DNA of 63,445 nucleotides, the filler included, from Octopus bimaculoides (taxonomy: Eukaryota): the NCBI RefSeq assembly GCF_001194135.2. It is 4 parts of 4 records of this genome, joined end to end, with 100 filler letters (N's around TTAATTAATTAA, not from the genome) between each part and the next. Parts side by side here need not be neighbours in the genome. Positions count along the whole stretch, not along the records: positions 50,581 to 62,172 come from NC_068989.1; positions 62,273 to 63,445 come from NW_026418172.1; 2 more parts are not named here. One strand, written 5' to 3'. The position numbers were made by a program, and so were the translations under genes. This document shows positions 50,617-62,300 of this stretch, in pieces; the stretch's first letter is position 1, and each line of letters opens with the position of its first letter. The notes beneath the pieces were generated by a model. That model saw nothing but the letters and a program-made list of their open reading frames with translations. It had not been told where the DNA came from and ran no database searches.

Positions 50617-51917
50617 TAGTGCGAACACACTATCTTTAAGATAGCATATTTTACATTGATTTCATATTGTATATATTACTATAGTATATATACATAAATA
50701 TACATATGACATGCAGTTGGGAACAGTGTTCAATGAAGGTGAAGTGTGTAGAATATCTGAAGATGATTGTTTCACTCTTTAAGTGTGGTTTAAGAGATTT
50801 GGCTGCTATTGAAAGGTATACTGTGTGCATTATTAAAGTACACTAGAATTATTACTGAATATATTTTTTGTTTATATTGTTACTGCAGCTATTACATGTT
50901 ATGCATAAGTTTTCATAGATTACAGTATAATCCCCAAGTTATTCCTGACCATGAGGTATATTTGCTTCATTAGAAAACTCTACAAATTATGCTTTGAAAG
51001 TCTGGTATCTTCATAATGGTGGTGATGGGTCTGTATTGTTTATTCTTTGTGATACTGGTTAAATATTTATTCAGTATCTAAAAGTATTAATGAATGTAAA
51101 TGAAGTAATACTAATTTTGAAAGAAACTGTTAAAATTGATATTATAAAACAGTTAATGAACTTCAAAGAAATAAATGTATCAGGATGAATATTTGTTTTC
51201 GAATCTATCGCATATTGTTACTAATTATTGTGTTTCTGCTGAATTTTTTTGTTTTTTGATGGGGTGGTTATGTTAAGAAAGTTATTGTATAAGTATGATT
51301 TCATTATTGATTACAGAATTTGTCCATTCTCTATTGAAATCATAAACATCATCATAATCATCATCATTTAACATCCATTTTGCATAGTAGCATAGGTTGA
51401 ACAGTTTGACAGGAGCTGGCAAGACAGAAGACTATGCCGGTTGCCAGTGTCTGCTTTGGCATGGTTTCTATGGCTAGATGCCCTTCCTAATGCCAACCAC
51501 TTTAAAGAGTGCATTGTGTGCTTTTTATGTGGCACCAGCATGATGACGTGCTTTTTTTTTGGATGAATATCCCTCCTAATGCCAACCATTACATAGAGTG
51601 TGCTCAGTGCTTTTAACATAGCATCAGTACCAATGCTTTTTACATGGCACTAGCACCAGTGAGGTCTCCAAGTAACTTTCAAGACCAAGACCCATTGAGT
51701 GGGATGAGGTTAAAGTATAATAGAGGAATAGAGATAATTGTCTTACTGTGGAGGAGATATATGGAAACCCAGTTAGGAAAGAAAGGCTAGAAAGGGTGGG
51801 AGAGAGAGTTAGAGAGGAAGAAAAGGAGACATGGCTACCCCAGTTGGGAGAGAAAGGAAAGAATGAGAGAATGGAGGATAAAGAGAGGTTTATATACCCA
51901 ATATGTTTGAATATTTT

Positions 51918-53665
51918 CTAGTTCAACTTGTATTATGGCAGCTTACCATAAGCTAAACTACTTTCAAGCGTCAAATTCACTCAATGATTTTAAATGATTG
52001 TTTTGTTGTTTTGTGTAAATGATGCCAAGCCTGATGTGTAGATAAATACTCTTTGCAGTTATGTTTGGCTGAAATTTGTATTGTTGTTTTCATTGTCAAT
52101 GTCTTTCTAAAGAGAACTTCCTTGTAAACAACATCCTTTGTGGAATTTTTGTTGTTTGGTTTCAATCCTGTTTGGTTTCAATATGTTCAATCCTGGAAAC
52201 CTCTGTGGACATTCTAGAGAAGGCAGCATACCATTGGCCATGTGTGAATATATGCTTTGGTAAATATATCCTTGTCATTGCTGATTTATTCGGGAACTCT
52301 TGTCTAATTAATAATGTAAATGGTAATTTTTCACCTACTGAAGAAAGGGTAACTTTTGGTATAAATACAGTTTTTTGTGAAGTGGATCTTCAGTTATAAT
52401 TTTTGCCTTAATCACTTTTTCTTGAATGTCTTGAATAACTAAACATGTACCATTGGTCAATTGTATGTCAGGGAATAATTACTACATTAGTCTTTAATCT
52501 TAATATGTGCAATAGTAAGCCTGAAATATTTAGCATACACAAGACGATTGTACTGAGACGATTGCGCTGGTATGGACATGTGGCGAGAATAGATTAGGAT
52601 AGCTGCGTGAAAAAGTGCCACACCTTAGTGGTCGAGGGAACCTATGGAAGAGGCAGGACTAGGAAGACTTGGGATGTGGTGGTGAGGCACGACCTCCGAA
52701 CATTAGGCCTCACCGAGGCAATAACTTGTGACCGTGACCTTTGGAAATATGCTGTGCGCGAGAAGACCCGGCAAGCCAAGTGAGACCAAAATCCAAGGCC
52801 TCTGCCAGGGATGTAGCCAGCCCACTTACGCGTAACATTTCTTCATTGGACACTAAACTCCGCTTGCAAAGACATGGTGAGGCAAGTGAATCGGAATCGA
52901 ACTAAATTTGTAGGAACACTAAAATCGACTTGCAAATACCTGTTGGGGCAAGCGAAAGCGAAATCGAGATGGCACCTGTACCAGTGGAGCACTAAGAGCA
53001 CCGTCCGAGCACGATCGTTGCCAGAGCAGCTGTCTGGCTTCCGTGCCGGTGGCATGTAAATAGCACCAGCGTGATCGTTACCAACGTCGCTTTCCTGGCA
53101 CTTGTGCCAGTGGCACGTGAAAAGACATTCGAGCAAGATTGTTGCCAGTGCCGATGGACTGACTCCTGTGCAGATGGCACATAAAATACACCATTTCGAG
53201 CGTGGCCGTCGCCAGTACCGCCTGACTGGCCCTCGTGCCGGTGGCACGTAAAACACCCACTACACTCTCGGAGTGGTTGGCGTTAGGAAAGGCATTCANN
53301 NNNNNNNNTAAAACACCCACTACACTCTCGGAGTGGTTGGCGTTAGGAAAGGCATTCAGCTCTAGAAACTCTACCAAATCAAATTGGAGCCTAGTGTCGC
53401 CTCCTGGTCCACCAGTCCTCAGTCAAATCGTCCGACCTATGCTAGCATGGAAAGTGGACGTTAAACGACGATGATGATGACGATGATGAAGTACTCTGTA
53501 GAGAATTCTGAAGGGTCATCATGATGAAAATATTGATCATCAATTAAGGGAACTTTTTCATTTCATGGAAAGAGTTTCAATATTCTTCATTGATGAGATC
53601 AACATCAATATTTTTGGGTGCTTAAACAACAATTTTTGACAATCTTTCTGGCTCTGTGATGCATT
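51918..53665 (-). mobile_element. Helitron remnant (RepHel PIF1 helicase C-terminus and 3' end) interrupted by an RTE insertion
   Basis: APKNIDVDLINE (53490-53665); NISGLLLHILRLK, LTNGTCLVI, VFIPKVTL, LPFTL, IYLPKHIFTHGQWYAAFSR, TKDVVYKEVL (52100-52531); hairpin TTATGG/CCATAA 11 nt before the terminal CTAG at 51918-51921. Confidence 0.85.
52532..53489 (+). mobile_element. RTE LINE 3' end with a long 3'UTR and (GAT)n tail
   Basis: RRLRWYGHVARI..EGTYGRGRTRKTWDVVVRHDL..DRDLWKYAV, followed by a ~600 bp UTR. Confidence 0.9.
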
Positions 53666-54300
53666 CATCATCATCATTTAATATGTGTTTTCCATGCTGA
53701 CATGAGTTAGATGGGTTGACTGGAACTGGCCAGCTGGGGAGTTGTCTAGGGCCAATTGCTTATTTTGGCATTTTCTACAGCTGGACGTCCTTCCTAATAT
53801 CAACAACTTCACAGAGTGTACTAGGTACCTTTTATGTGGCACTGGCACAGGCACTTTTACATGGGACTGGTGCCAACACCTTTAAGTGACAGTGGCATTG
53901 GTGCTTTTACATGGCACTGATACAGGCACTTTTATATGGCACTAGCACAGCTATTCTTACATGGCACCAGCAGAAGTGCCTTTTACATGACATCAGCACT
54001 CACAAACCCTCAAGGGATGGAGCTCTAGGCTGAGAGAGAGAGACATAGAGGACATAGCTGTATGTATGTATGGCAACAGTTTCACAAGCACAGCAAACCG
54101 CCCGGAGTTTCCATCCCTTGTCATCTCTTCTGGGAGGGCCAATGTCTGAAGATCCTTTCTCACTACTTCATCCCACATTTTCCTGGGTCTACCCTTTCCA
54201 CAGGTTTCCTCCTCCATCAGAGATCAACACTTCTTTATGCAGCTGTCTTCAATCATATGCATCACAGGACTATACCATCACAATCTTCTCTCTTGCGTGC
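53666..54300 (-). mobile_element. RTE LINE 3' end
   Basis: QERRL*WY..EETCGKGRPRKMWDEVVRKDL; (CAT)n at 53666. Confidence 0.85.
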
Positions 54301-54359
54301 ATATGTACATACATACGTACATATATATATAGATATGTTAGGTAATAAACGCACAAACA

Positions 54360-54491
54360 GGAATCAGACACAGAAGGTCACCAAATCCTCATCAGTTATC
54401 AGCCAGAGGGTCAAATGCAATTTTGCACCTTTGCATTTGATCGTCTGCCCAATAACTGATTAAGATTTCATGACCTTCTGTGTCTATTTCC
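54360..54491. other. Indel-free imperfect hairpin (pre-miRNA-like or decayed MITE)
   Basis: Symmetric about 54425/54426: GACACAGAAGGTCA/TGACCTTCTGTGTC, ATCAGTTAT/ATAACTGAT, TCAAATGCAA/TTGCATTTGA; 10 nt loop. Confidence 0.75.
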
Positions 54492-55405
54492 AATTTGTTC
54501 ATGCATTTACTATGTTTTTTTAATTATTATTTAATGGAATACCACGTATGGTTATTGATTACAAGTGATTTTATGTACACACACACACACACACACACAT
54601 ACATACGTAAATGTCAAATAATGAAAATGAGTGTTCAACACCACATTGGTGGATCTAATTTCTTTGGTTTCATGTTAAGAAAAGTAGGGAAATGTAAATA
54701 TATATATATATATATACATATACACATATATATACACGAATACAAATATATATATATGTACACACACACATATAAACACATATACATCTATATATATCCA
54801 CACATATATGTACGTACACACACACACATTTATATATAAATATATATATATATAGCTATAGCATGATAATGCTAATACAATAGCATGAACAGGATAAACT
54901 ATCCATATATTGCAGAAAAATTTGTTAAAGGCCAGCCATGAAACTTGAACTCACATCCCTGTGATTACACGTCATGTTCATGCTATTGTATTGGCATTAT
55001 CATGCATTTGAGAATAAATTATTTCTGTATTTTTCAATACATCTCAACGCTTCTAAAGCAAACTTTGTTTGTTTACTTTCATTGTACGTTGAATTTAATG
55101 TTAGCGTCTTATAAAGCTAGATTTATAAATCCTGAAATTGCAGAACAATTTGTTATCGGGCAGTTTAGCTTAAAGGTAAAGCACTTGATGCGTAGTCACA
55201 GGGATGTCAGTTTGAGTCTCATGGCTGGCCGGTAACAAATTTTTCTGCAATATATGGATAGTTTATCCAGTTCATGCTATTGTATTAGCATTATCATGTA
55301 TTTGAGAAAAAATTATTTCTGTATCTTTCAATACATCTCAACGCTTCTAAAGCAAACTTTGTTTACTTTCATTGTAAGTTGAATTTAACACACATACACA
55401 TATAT

Positions 55406-55469
<64 letters not shown>

Positions 55470-55504
55470 GCACACACACACACACACACACACATGCATA
55501 TATA

Positions 55505-56607
55505 TCATCATCATCATCATTTCATGTCCATTGTCTATGCTGTCATGGGTTGGATAGTTTGACCAGAGCTGGCAAGCTGGGAAGGTACACCAGGCTCCAG
55601 TCTGATTTGGCATGGTTTCTACATCTGGATGCCCTTCCTAACATCAACCACTTTACAGAGTGTGCTGGGTACTTTTTCATGGCCCTTCCACAAGTGCTTT
55701 TTATGTGGCACTGGCACAGGACTCTTGCAGGACAATCCTCTCCACCAGGGGAATCAGTCTTAACACTTCTGCTGTGGAGGATGGGTTTTCTTGAGTACAG
55801 CATATCACTAAGCACCTCAATCCTTTGTCATCTCACCTGAAAGGGTCAGTGTCCTGAGGCCATTCTTCAGTACTTCATCTCATGGCTTCCTGGGTTTCCT
55901 AATTCTACATGTTCCATCTGCTTTGAGAGATCAGCACTTCTTTATGGAGCAGTCAGCATCCATCCACATTACATAACCAAACTAGTGCAATCTTCTTTCT
56001 TGCACATAGCATCTAATACATGCATCATACAATCTTCCTTTCACTTGGAGAGAGAAGCATTTTGTAGCAAACAGAGGAAACAGTCTGCTGAATTTCCTCC
56101 ATCCTATTTTTATTCTAGCTATCACACTCTCCATACATCCTTCCCCACTACTAATTTGGTTCCCTAGGTAGCAGAAATTATCTAGTACTTCTAATGAGCC
56201 ACCATGGCATTTGAGAGAATCAATTTCCTGAGTCTCTAAAGTTTTTAAGGATCCTCTGCATCTTCAATATATGAACACTACCTTCTTTGATAACCTTCCT
56301 ATTAATTCTCTGCACCTCTTGTATGTCTATAGCTTACACTGAATACACCATATGGAGTTCTTGCCTACACTTTTCCTACAAATTGAACAGGGCCATTTAC
56401 CTGAAGGAGATAGGGTCTTGTCTGTTTTCTTGCTTACTTGGACCTTAGTCTTTGCTAAGTTAACCATAAGGCCCTCAGATTCCAGGTTTTGCTTCCACAC
56501 TTGAAATTTCGCTTTTAGCTCTGATATGGAATCTCCTCTGAGAGCAAGATCATCAGCATTTAGTAGTTTCCAGGGACTGCTGGTCCTGAATTCTGCTGTT
56601 ATGGCCT
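55505..56607 (-). mobile_element. RTE LINE 3' portion (RT motif C to tail)
   Basis: AITAEFRTSSPWKLLNADDLAL, CSICRKSVGKNSIWCIQCK zinc-finger-like insert, 3'UTR, (CAT)n at 55505. Confidence 0.88.
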
Positions 56608-58010
56608 AGCCTTGTTTGATGTAACTGTGTCAGTTATTTTTGCATATGCTCTACACACTAGATTCACAGATACTCAAAAGGGCCACTTCTACAAATTCTT
56701 TCTTAAGACCACCTTGGCAATGAAAGACAACTACATTCTCATCATGGCAGAGAACTTCAATGGACATGTTGGAAAACACTCTGATAGATTCCAGGGTGTG
56801 AAGGCTACTGGTCTGCAACACCAACTTCAGAAAACCTGCCAACCATCTGATCACTTATCAATCTGGAGGGTACACCAGCTAAATTGACTACATCCTCACC
56901 AGACACAGGGACAGATATATGCTCTGCATAATCTTTCCTGGGTGAAGAATGTACAACTCAACATAAGCTAGTGGTTAGTGACTTCAGGCTTAGGGCCAGA
57001 AAGATCCAGAGATGCAAGGTGATATGAAAAAGGAGGTTGTGGAAACTCAAGGACCCTTCAAATAGGCAGAGATTTAGAGATGTTCTTAATGAGGCTTTTG
57101 GTGAAAAGGATGGAGAGATATGATGTAGAGGACAACTGGAAGTTCCTACTGGACAATCTATTAAGGGCAACACACCAAATCCGTAGTTGGAGCAAAGCCT
57201 CTACCAGACCAAAGATTACATGGTGATGGAACAGTGATGTTGATAGGGCCATAAAAGAGAAGAGATGGGTCTGAAAAAAATGGTAAAGATGGGGTAGTAA
57301 AGAATCATATTAGAAAGCTAAAAGGGAAGCTAGAAGTCAGGTTTATCTAGCTAGGGTAGAAGCAGCAAAGTAGAGGTTTGCCAATGTCCTACAATGTGAA
57401 GATCAGAGACTTTAAGTGTTCCAGGTTGTTAGACAGTGTGTCAGTGAGAATTGAGATATCATAGGACAGAAGTGTGTGCAGATGGATAATGGTATGCTTG
57501 CATTTAGTGATGTAGACGAGAAAGATGTGTGGAAAAGTTACTATGTGAGACTGTTGAATGTGAATGTAGAGAATGAATGGGACAAAGAGAGTCTCCCTCA
57601 TGTGAACCCAACAGAGGGACCAGCTATCCTAGTAGACAGCAGTATGGTAGATAAGGCAATTAAAAACATGAAAACCAGGAAAGCCCCTGGTCCATCCGGA
57701 ATCATGGCTGATGCTCAAAATATCTGGTAAGGTAGGATATGGGTTAGTCATTCACATAGTTAAAGAGGTCATTCAGGAAGGTGTAATACCCAGTGATTGG
57801 TGTAACAGCATTATTGTTAGCTGCTACAAGGGAAAGGGTGATGCTTTAGATAGAAGCAATTATAGAGGCATCAAACTCCTGGACCAGGTGATGAAAATTA
57901 TGTAGAGAGTTATATCCCAATTAATTAGGAGCAGAATTTGGTGTGCAGTTAGGGGTTCATCAAGACTCAGTTCTCAGTCCCCTCCTTTTCATCATTGACC
58001 TTCAGGCCTT
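56608..58010 (+). mobile_element. RTE LINE 5' portion (APE endonuclease to RT motif B), inverted relative to the 3' portion
   Basis: SVIFAYA, ENFNGHVG, CNTNFRKP..IDYIL, QHKLVVSDF, KAPGPSG, SDWCNSIIVSCYKGKGDALDRSNYRGIKLL, GVHQDSVLSPLLFIIDLQA. Confidence 0.9.
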
Positions 58011-59509
58011 ATACATATGTACATACACACATATACATACATATATATATAAATTATTACAAATTAAAAGGGTAAAGATTTATCAATTTATTAATTTATT
58101 AATAAATCAACAATTAATAATTTTTACCAAGCCCTTCGGTATGTAAGCACCATTATCAGTGGAGAACTTATTTAAAAGTTCCCATACATTTATAAACATA
58201 ATTAAGGGATCAGCAAGCATTTGCTTCACCATATACCGAAGTTCAGAAATAGCAGCTAAAAAAGCTGAGACTCCAACAGATAGCATTACTTGTAACTCAC
58301 AAAGGCAAAAACAAGAAGAAAAAAACAATGAAAACTAACCATTTAAAGTTAATCATAGACGCGTTTCTGGATTATGANNNNNNNNNNNNNNNNNNNNNNN
58401 NNNNNNNNNNNNNNNNNNNNNNNNNNNNNNNNNNNNNNNNNNNNNNNNNNNNNNNNNNNNNNNNNNNNNNNNNNNNNNNNNNNNNNNNNNNNNNNNNNNN
58501 NNNNNNNNNNNNNNNNNNNNNNNNNNNNNNNNNNNNNNNNNNNNNNNNNNNNNNNNNNNNNNNNNNNNNNNNNNNNNNNNNNNNNNNNNNNNNNNNNNNN
58601 NNNNNNNNNNNNNNNNNNNNNNNNNNNNNNNNNNNNNNNNNNNNNNNNNNNNNNNNNNNNNNNNNNNNNNNNNNNNNNNNNNNNNNNNNNNNNNNNNNNN
58701 NNNNNNNNNNNNNNNNNNNNNNNNNNNNNNNNNNNNNNNNNNNNNNNNNNNNNNNNNNNNNNNNNNNNNNNNNNNNNNNNNNNNNNNNNNNNNNNNNNNN
58801 NNNNNNNNNNNNNNNNNNNNNNNNNNNNNNNNNNNNNNNNNNNNNNNNNNNNNNNNNNNNNNNNNNNNNNNNNNNNNNNNNNNNNNNNNNNNNNNNNNNN
58901 NNNNNNNNNNNNNNNNNNNNNNNNNNNNNNNNNNNNNNNNNNNNNNNNNNNNNNNNNNNNNNNNNNNNNNNNNNNNNNNNNNNNNNNNNNNNNNNNNNNN
59001 NNNNNNNNNNNNNNNNNNNNNNNNNNNNNNNNNNNNNNNNNNNNNNNNNNNNNNNNNNNNNNNNNNNNNNNNNNNNNNNNNNNNNNNNNNNNNNNNNNNN
59101 NNNNNNNNNNNNNNNNNNNNNNNNNNNNNNNNNNNNNNNNNNNNNNNNNNNNNNNNNNNNNNNNNNNNNNNNNNNNNNNNNNNNNNNNNNNNNNNNNNNN
59201 NNNNNNNNNNNNNNNNNNNNNNNNNNNNNNNNNNNNNNNNNNNNNNNNNNNNNNNNNNNNNNNNNNNNNNNNNNNNNNNNNNNNNNNNNNNNNNTGGAGA
59301 AAGAGAGAAAGATAGGGAGCAGGACAATTGAGAAAGAGAAAGAAGAGCAAGGTGGAGAAAAGATTGACAGAGAGAGGTTTCTTTCCAATTATATTGTTTG
59401 TTTAGAAGAAGAGAAAATTTTGTTATTTGGAGAAAAGGAAAAAGACAGGGAGATAGGGAGCAGGACAATTGAGAAAGGGGAAGAAAAGCAAAGGGGGAAG
59501 GATAGACAA

Positions 59510-59581
<72 letters not shown>

Positions 59582-60799
59582 GTTTCTTTTCAATTTGATG
59601 TGGTCAACCTATTGAAATTTCATTACAAAGCATTTTTCTTTCTCCTCTTTCCTTTCTCATTGCATACCTATCAACATGTTTGTAAATGTACACATTTTCT
59701 CGTTATATACATAGTGGTAGGTAATGGCTAAATGACCTTTCAAGACGTCAATTTTAGGAAGTGAGATGTGAAAAACAAGAAAAAAAGAGGAAGAAGAAAG
59801 TTATCCTTAAGTGGGTGCAGTCACAACTATAAAGTATGAAAATAAAGAGAGTTCTAAGTCCAATGAAATCGTACATTTGTTCACTCCTGTAGAGCCAAAT
59901 CACATATTCTGTGTAATTCTATGTTTTACACAAACAAACACTAAATATTTCATTAGTACAACTTTCATAAATTTGAAAAATAAAGTCAGAATATAAAAAT
60001 AATTTGATTACAGTACTGTTTATAATTCAATCTATTCTCTATGTATATTTAATCAAACATCATGAATGAGTTGTGTAATAGAATGTACATTGCTTACATA
60101 GCTGGAAACCACTCTGTAAGATATAAATTATATAACAAAGCAGGACCTGTTTAAATATATTTTAAAGTATCTTTCATAATTTGGTAGAATTATTTTTTTT
60201 GCTTGCTTGGATAAGATAATTCAAAAGAGATATTTTTACATGAATTACTTTGCCAAGTAGTTACATTATATATCCTTTCTAATAAGTGGTAAAATGGCTC
60301 TAGTATTTTCTCCCAGATATATGTAAGTATTATGAGTCTATAAGAACAACAGTTGCCAAAATCCCAATGTTACATATATATCTGACCATTTATTTTGTTG
60401 AGATAAAGCAATGAATATCATGTTATTAACACTGGAACTACATTCAGAAACAACAGTAACAGTGTAGTATAAATGTTTTCTTTTCATTCATTATCGTTAC
60501 TATTAATAAACTAAAATGACCATAAAGAAGCTCTCTTGACAAACACCAAAACCATCTAGTATACATTAATGTCACCTTACATAGTATGTGGATATTGTTA
60601 GACAGTAATACAGCGTTCATTGGAGCATTCAAGTACTTGTATTATTTCTCCCCAGTCATATTAGCTGGGCACAATGTCTGTGTGAACTAACCATGTAGTG
60701 TTCATTATTTCTTTCATTTGAAGGGATGTTCATGCATATTGTCTCTGTTTCTCTTTCCAATTTTTTTGACAAAATGCAGTTCCTCTGCTTCTCTTTCAA

Positions 60800-61090
60800 A
60801 CATTTAATATTGGAGAGAATTTTTTGATGAAATATAGTTCCATTGCCTTTCAGAACTTTGGGTCATCTCTTGAACATTTGTAGAAGGGAAAGATTTTAAA
60901 TTTTCCTTTACTGCATATTTCTAGTTGTTTGCTCAGGGGAATCTTGTGTAGTTCCTATTGTCTGATGTGTTGTCTGTGGATTCTTGCACGTTGGCAAAGG
61001 GAATTCTTTGTTTTGCCAATATAATTTTCCTTGCAGCTGGGGCAAATAATGCAATATATGAGATTCTGTGTCTTACAGTTCATACCTGCA
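60800..61090 (-). mobile_element. Penelope-like element GIY-YIG endonuclease pseudogene fragment
   Basis: CKTQNLIYCIICPSCKENYIGKT..L.QRARIHRQHI..FKIFPFYK..ELYFI, with two in-frame stops. Confidence 0.85.
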
Positions 61091-61210
61091 TTTTATGTGG
61101 GAGCCACTTTCTAAATGCCATACTGGCATGGGTGGATACATATGCATACATTGCAACTGGTATCCATGCTGGTGGACGTTAAATGATGAGGATGATGATT
61201 ATACATATAT

Positions 61211-62084
61211 ATCATCATCATCATCATCATCATCATCGTCGTTTAACGTCCACTTTCCATGCTAGCATGGGTTGGACAATTTGACTGAGGACTGGTGAAC
61301 CAGATGGCTACATGAGGCTCCAATCTGATCTGGCAGAGTTTCTACAGCTGGATGCCCTTCCTAACACCAACCACTCCGAGACTGTAGTGGGTGCTTTTAC
61401 GTGCCACCGGCACGAGGGCCAGTCAGCCAGTACTGGCAATGGCCACACTCAAAATGGTGTTTTTTCATGCCACCTGCACAGGAGCCAGTCCAGTGACACT
61501 GTCAACGACCTCGCTCAAATGTCTTTCACGTGCCACCAGCACAAGTGCCAGTAAGGTGATGCTGGTAATGAATACGCTCAAATGGTGCTATTTACGTGCC
61601 ACTAGCACAGACGTCAGACAGATGCTCTGGCAATGATCATGCTCGGACGGTGCTGTTAGCGCTCCACTGGCACAGGTGCCAGTCATCGAATTTGGTTCAA
61701 TTATGATTTCGAAAGCGAAATCGTGATGGCACCTGTGCCCAGTGTCGCCCTCCTGGCACTTGTGCCGGTGGTACGTGTAAAGACATTCGAACGAGATCGT
61801 TGCCAGTGCTGCTGGACTGGCTCCTGTGCAGGTGATGCGTAAAATACACCATTTTGAGCGTGGCCGTTGCCAGTACCGCCTGACTGGCCTTTGTGCCGGT
61901 GACACGTAAAAGCACCCAATACACTCTCAGAGTGGTTGGCATTAGGAAGGGCATACAGCTCTAGAAACTCTGCCAAATCAGATTGGAGCCTGGTGTAGCC
62001 ATCCGGGTTCACCAGTCCTCAGTCTAATCGTTCAACCCATGCTAGCATGGAATGCGGACGTTAAACGATGATGATGATGATGAT
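61211..62084. mobile_element. Head-to-head pair of RTE 3'UTR copies forming a long foldback
   Basis: Minus copy 61211..~61705 and plus copy ~61711..62084, each ending in (GAT)n pointing outward. Confidence 0.88.
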
Positions 62085-62272
62085 ATGTATATATATGTAT
62101 ATACATATATACATATCATCATCATCATCATCGTTTAAAGTCCGCTTTCCATGCTAACATGGGTTGGACGATNNNNNNNNNNNNNNNNNNNNNNNNNNNN
62201 NNNNNNNNNNNNNNNNTTAATTAATTAANNNNNNNNNNNNNNNNNNNNNNNNNNNNNNNNNNNNNNNNNNNN

Positions 62273-62300
62273 TTCGAGCCTACGCTCTTCGTCAGAAAGG
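62273..62300 (-). ncRNA. Penelope-type hammerhead motif with an intact CUGACGA core, cut by a gap
   Basis: Reverse complement CCTTT-CTGACGA-A-GAGC-GTAG-GCTC-GAA, then Ns. Confidence 0.6.

Noticed and set aside
53250-53350. Exact ~48 bp tandem duplication around a 10-N gap (similar case at 47089)
   Set aside because: Most likely unmerged contig overlap
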